From Convolutriloba macropyga (lineage: Eukaryota): DNA of 64,000 nt. Each line of letters starts with the position of its first letter. The first letter of the stretch is position 1. The translations under genes and the position numbers were made by a program. Below are positions 63,476 through 64,000 of this stretch, piece after piece. The notes beneath the pieces were generated by a model, which was given only the letters and a program-made list of their open reading frames with translations, ran no database searches and was not told the origin of the DNA. The DNA lies in contig NC_134468.1 of NCBI RefSeq assembly GCF_964194025.1, positions 24,738,001 to 24,802,000 of the forward strand, read 5' to 3'.

Positions 63476-64000
63476 GTGAGAAAAATACCACACGGTATTT
63501 ATTGTTCTACACAGGACACGGTTCGCGACTCAAAGTAGTCATGTTTTCTTTTTGTAGCAATCAGTCGCAACTTGATTTAGTTTTACGACATTCGTTACTT
63601 TTATCATTGATCTTGTTAGACAATTTTCTTGACTTAGATTTTGAATGTTTTTGGTTTTAAACAATAACTTTCTGTTCGCACTATTTTTCACGCGACATCA
63701 AAGTTTAACCACTATCACATTTTCTGAACTCAGTTTGCCTAATTTTAATCTCACAAATGATGTCTTTTGCTATTGAGGAGCTTTACAACCGAAAAGAATT
63801 GGTGGCAACATATCAACCAAAATACACGCACGTAATCTTGTCTTCAAAATTTAGCTTTATTCTTCCGGTAGTTCTTCTGGTTCAGACATTTTTGGATATT
63901 TTTCAGAAAAGCATTAAATGCCAAAATATACCATTAGTTAGAACATTTCATTTTACCTCGTAAAAACTGATTATCATTTTCGAATGGTGAGCTTATCATG

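Overview
AT-rich, intron-rich eukaryotic (probably invertebrate animal) genomic window dominated by repeats, with two assembly gaps. (1) 0.3-9.3 kb: a co-oriented minus-strand cassette of mostly decayed genes: two paralogous intron-containing BEN-domain-like genes, a small coiled-coil ORF and an SGNH/GDSL esterase. It is interleaved with 82-bp and 338-bp tandem arrays and looks like cargo of an unidentified large mobile element or endogenous virus. (2) An isolated minus-strand exon at 9.75-9.88 kb. (3) 10.7-34.9 kb: a ~24-kb satellite of ~177-bp monomers with variant domains and higher-order repeats. (4) A LINE RT relic and three diverged copies of a ~2.7-3 kb DINE-1/HINE (Helentron)-like non-autonomous element. 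(5) A complete but defective BEL/Pao LTR retrotransposon at 40190-46909, with 220-bp LTRs, a TTTAC target-site duplication and an unusual in-frame Gly-rich repeat insertion in pol. (6) The 5' part of a MORN1 orthologue from 58.8 kb onward, with MITE-like arrays in an intron and a GC-rich dyad island just upstream. All calls come from manual reading; no database searches were run.
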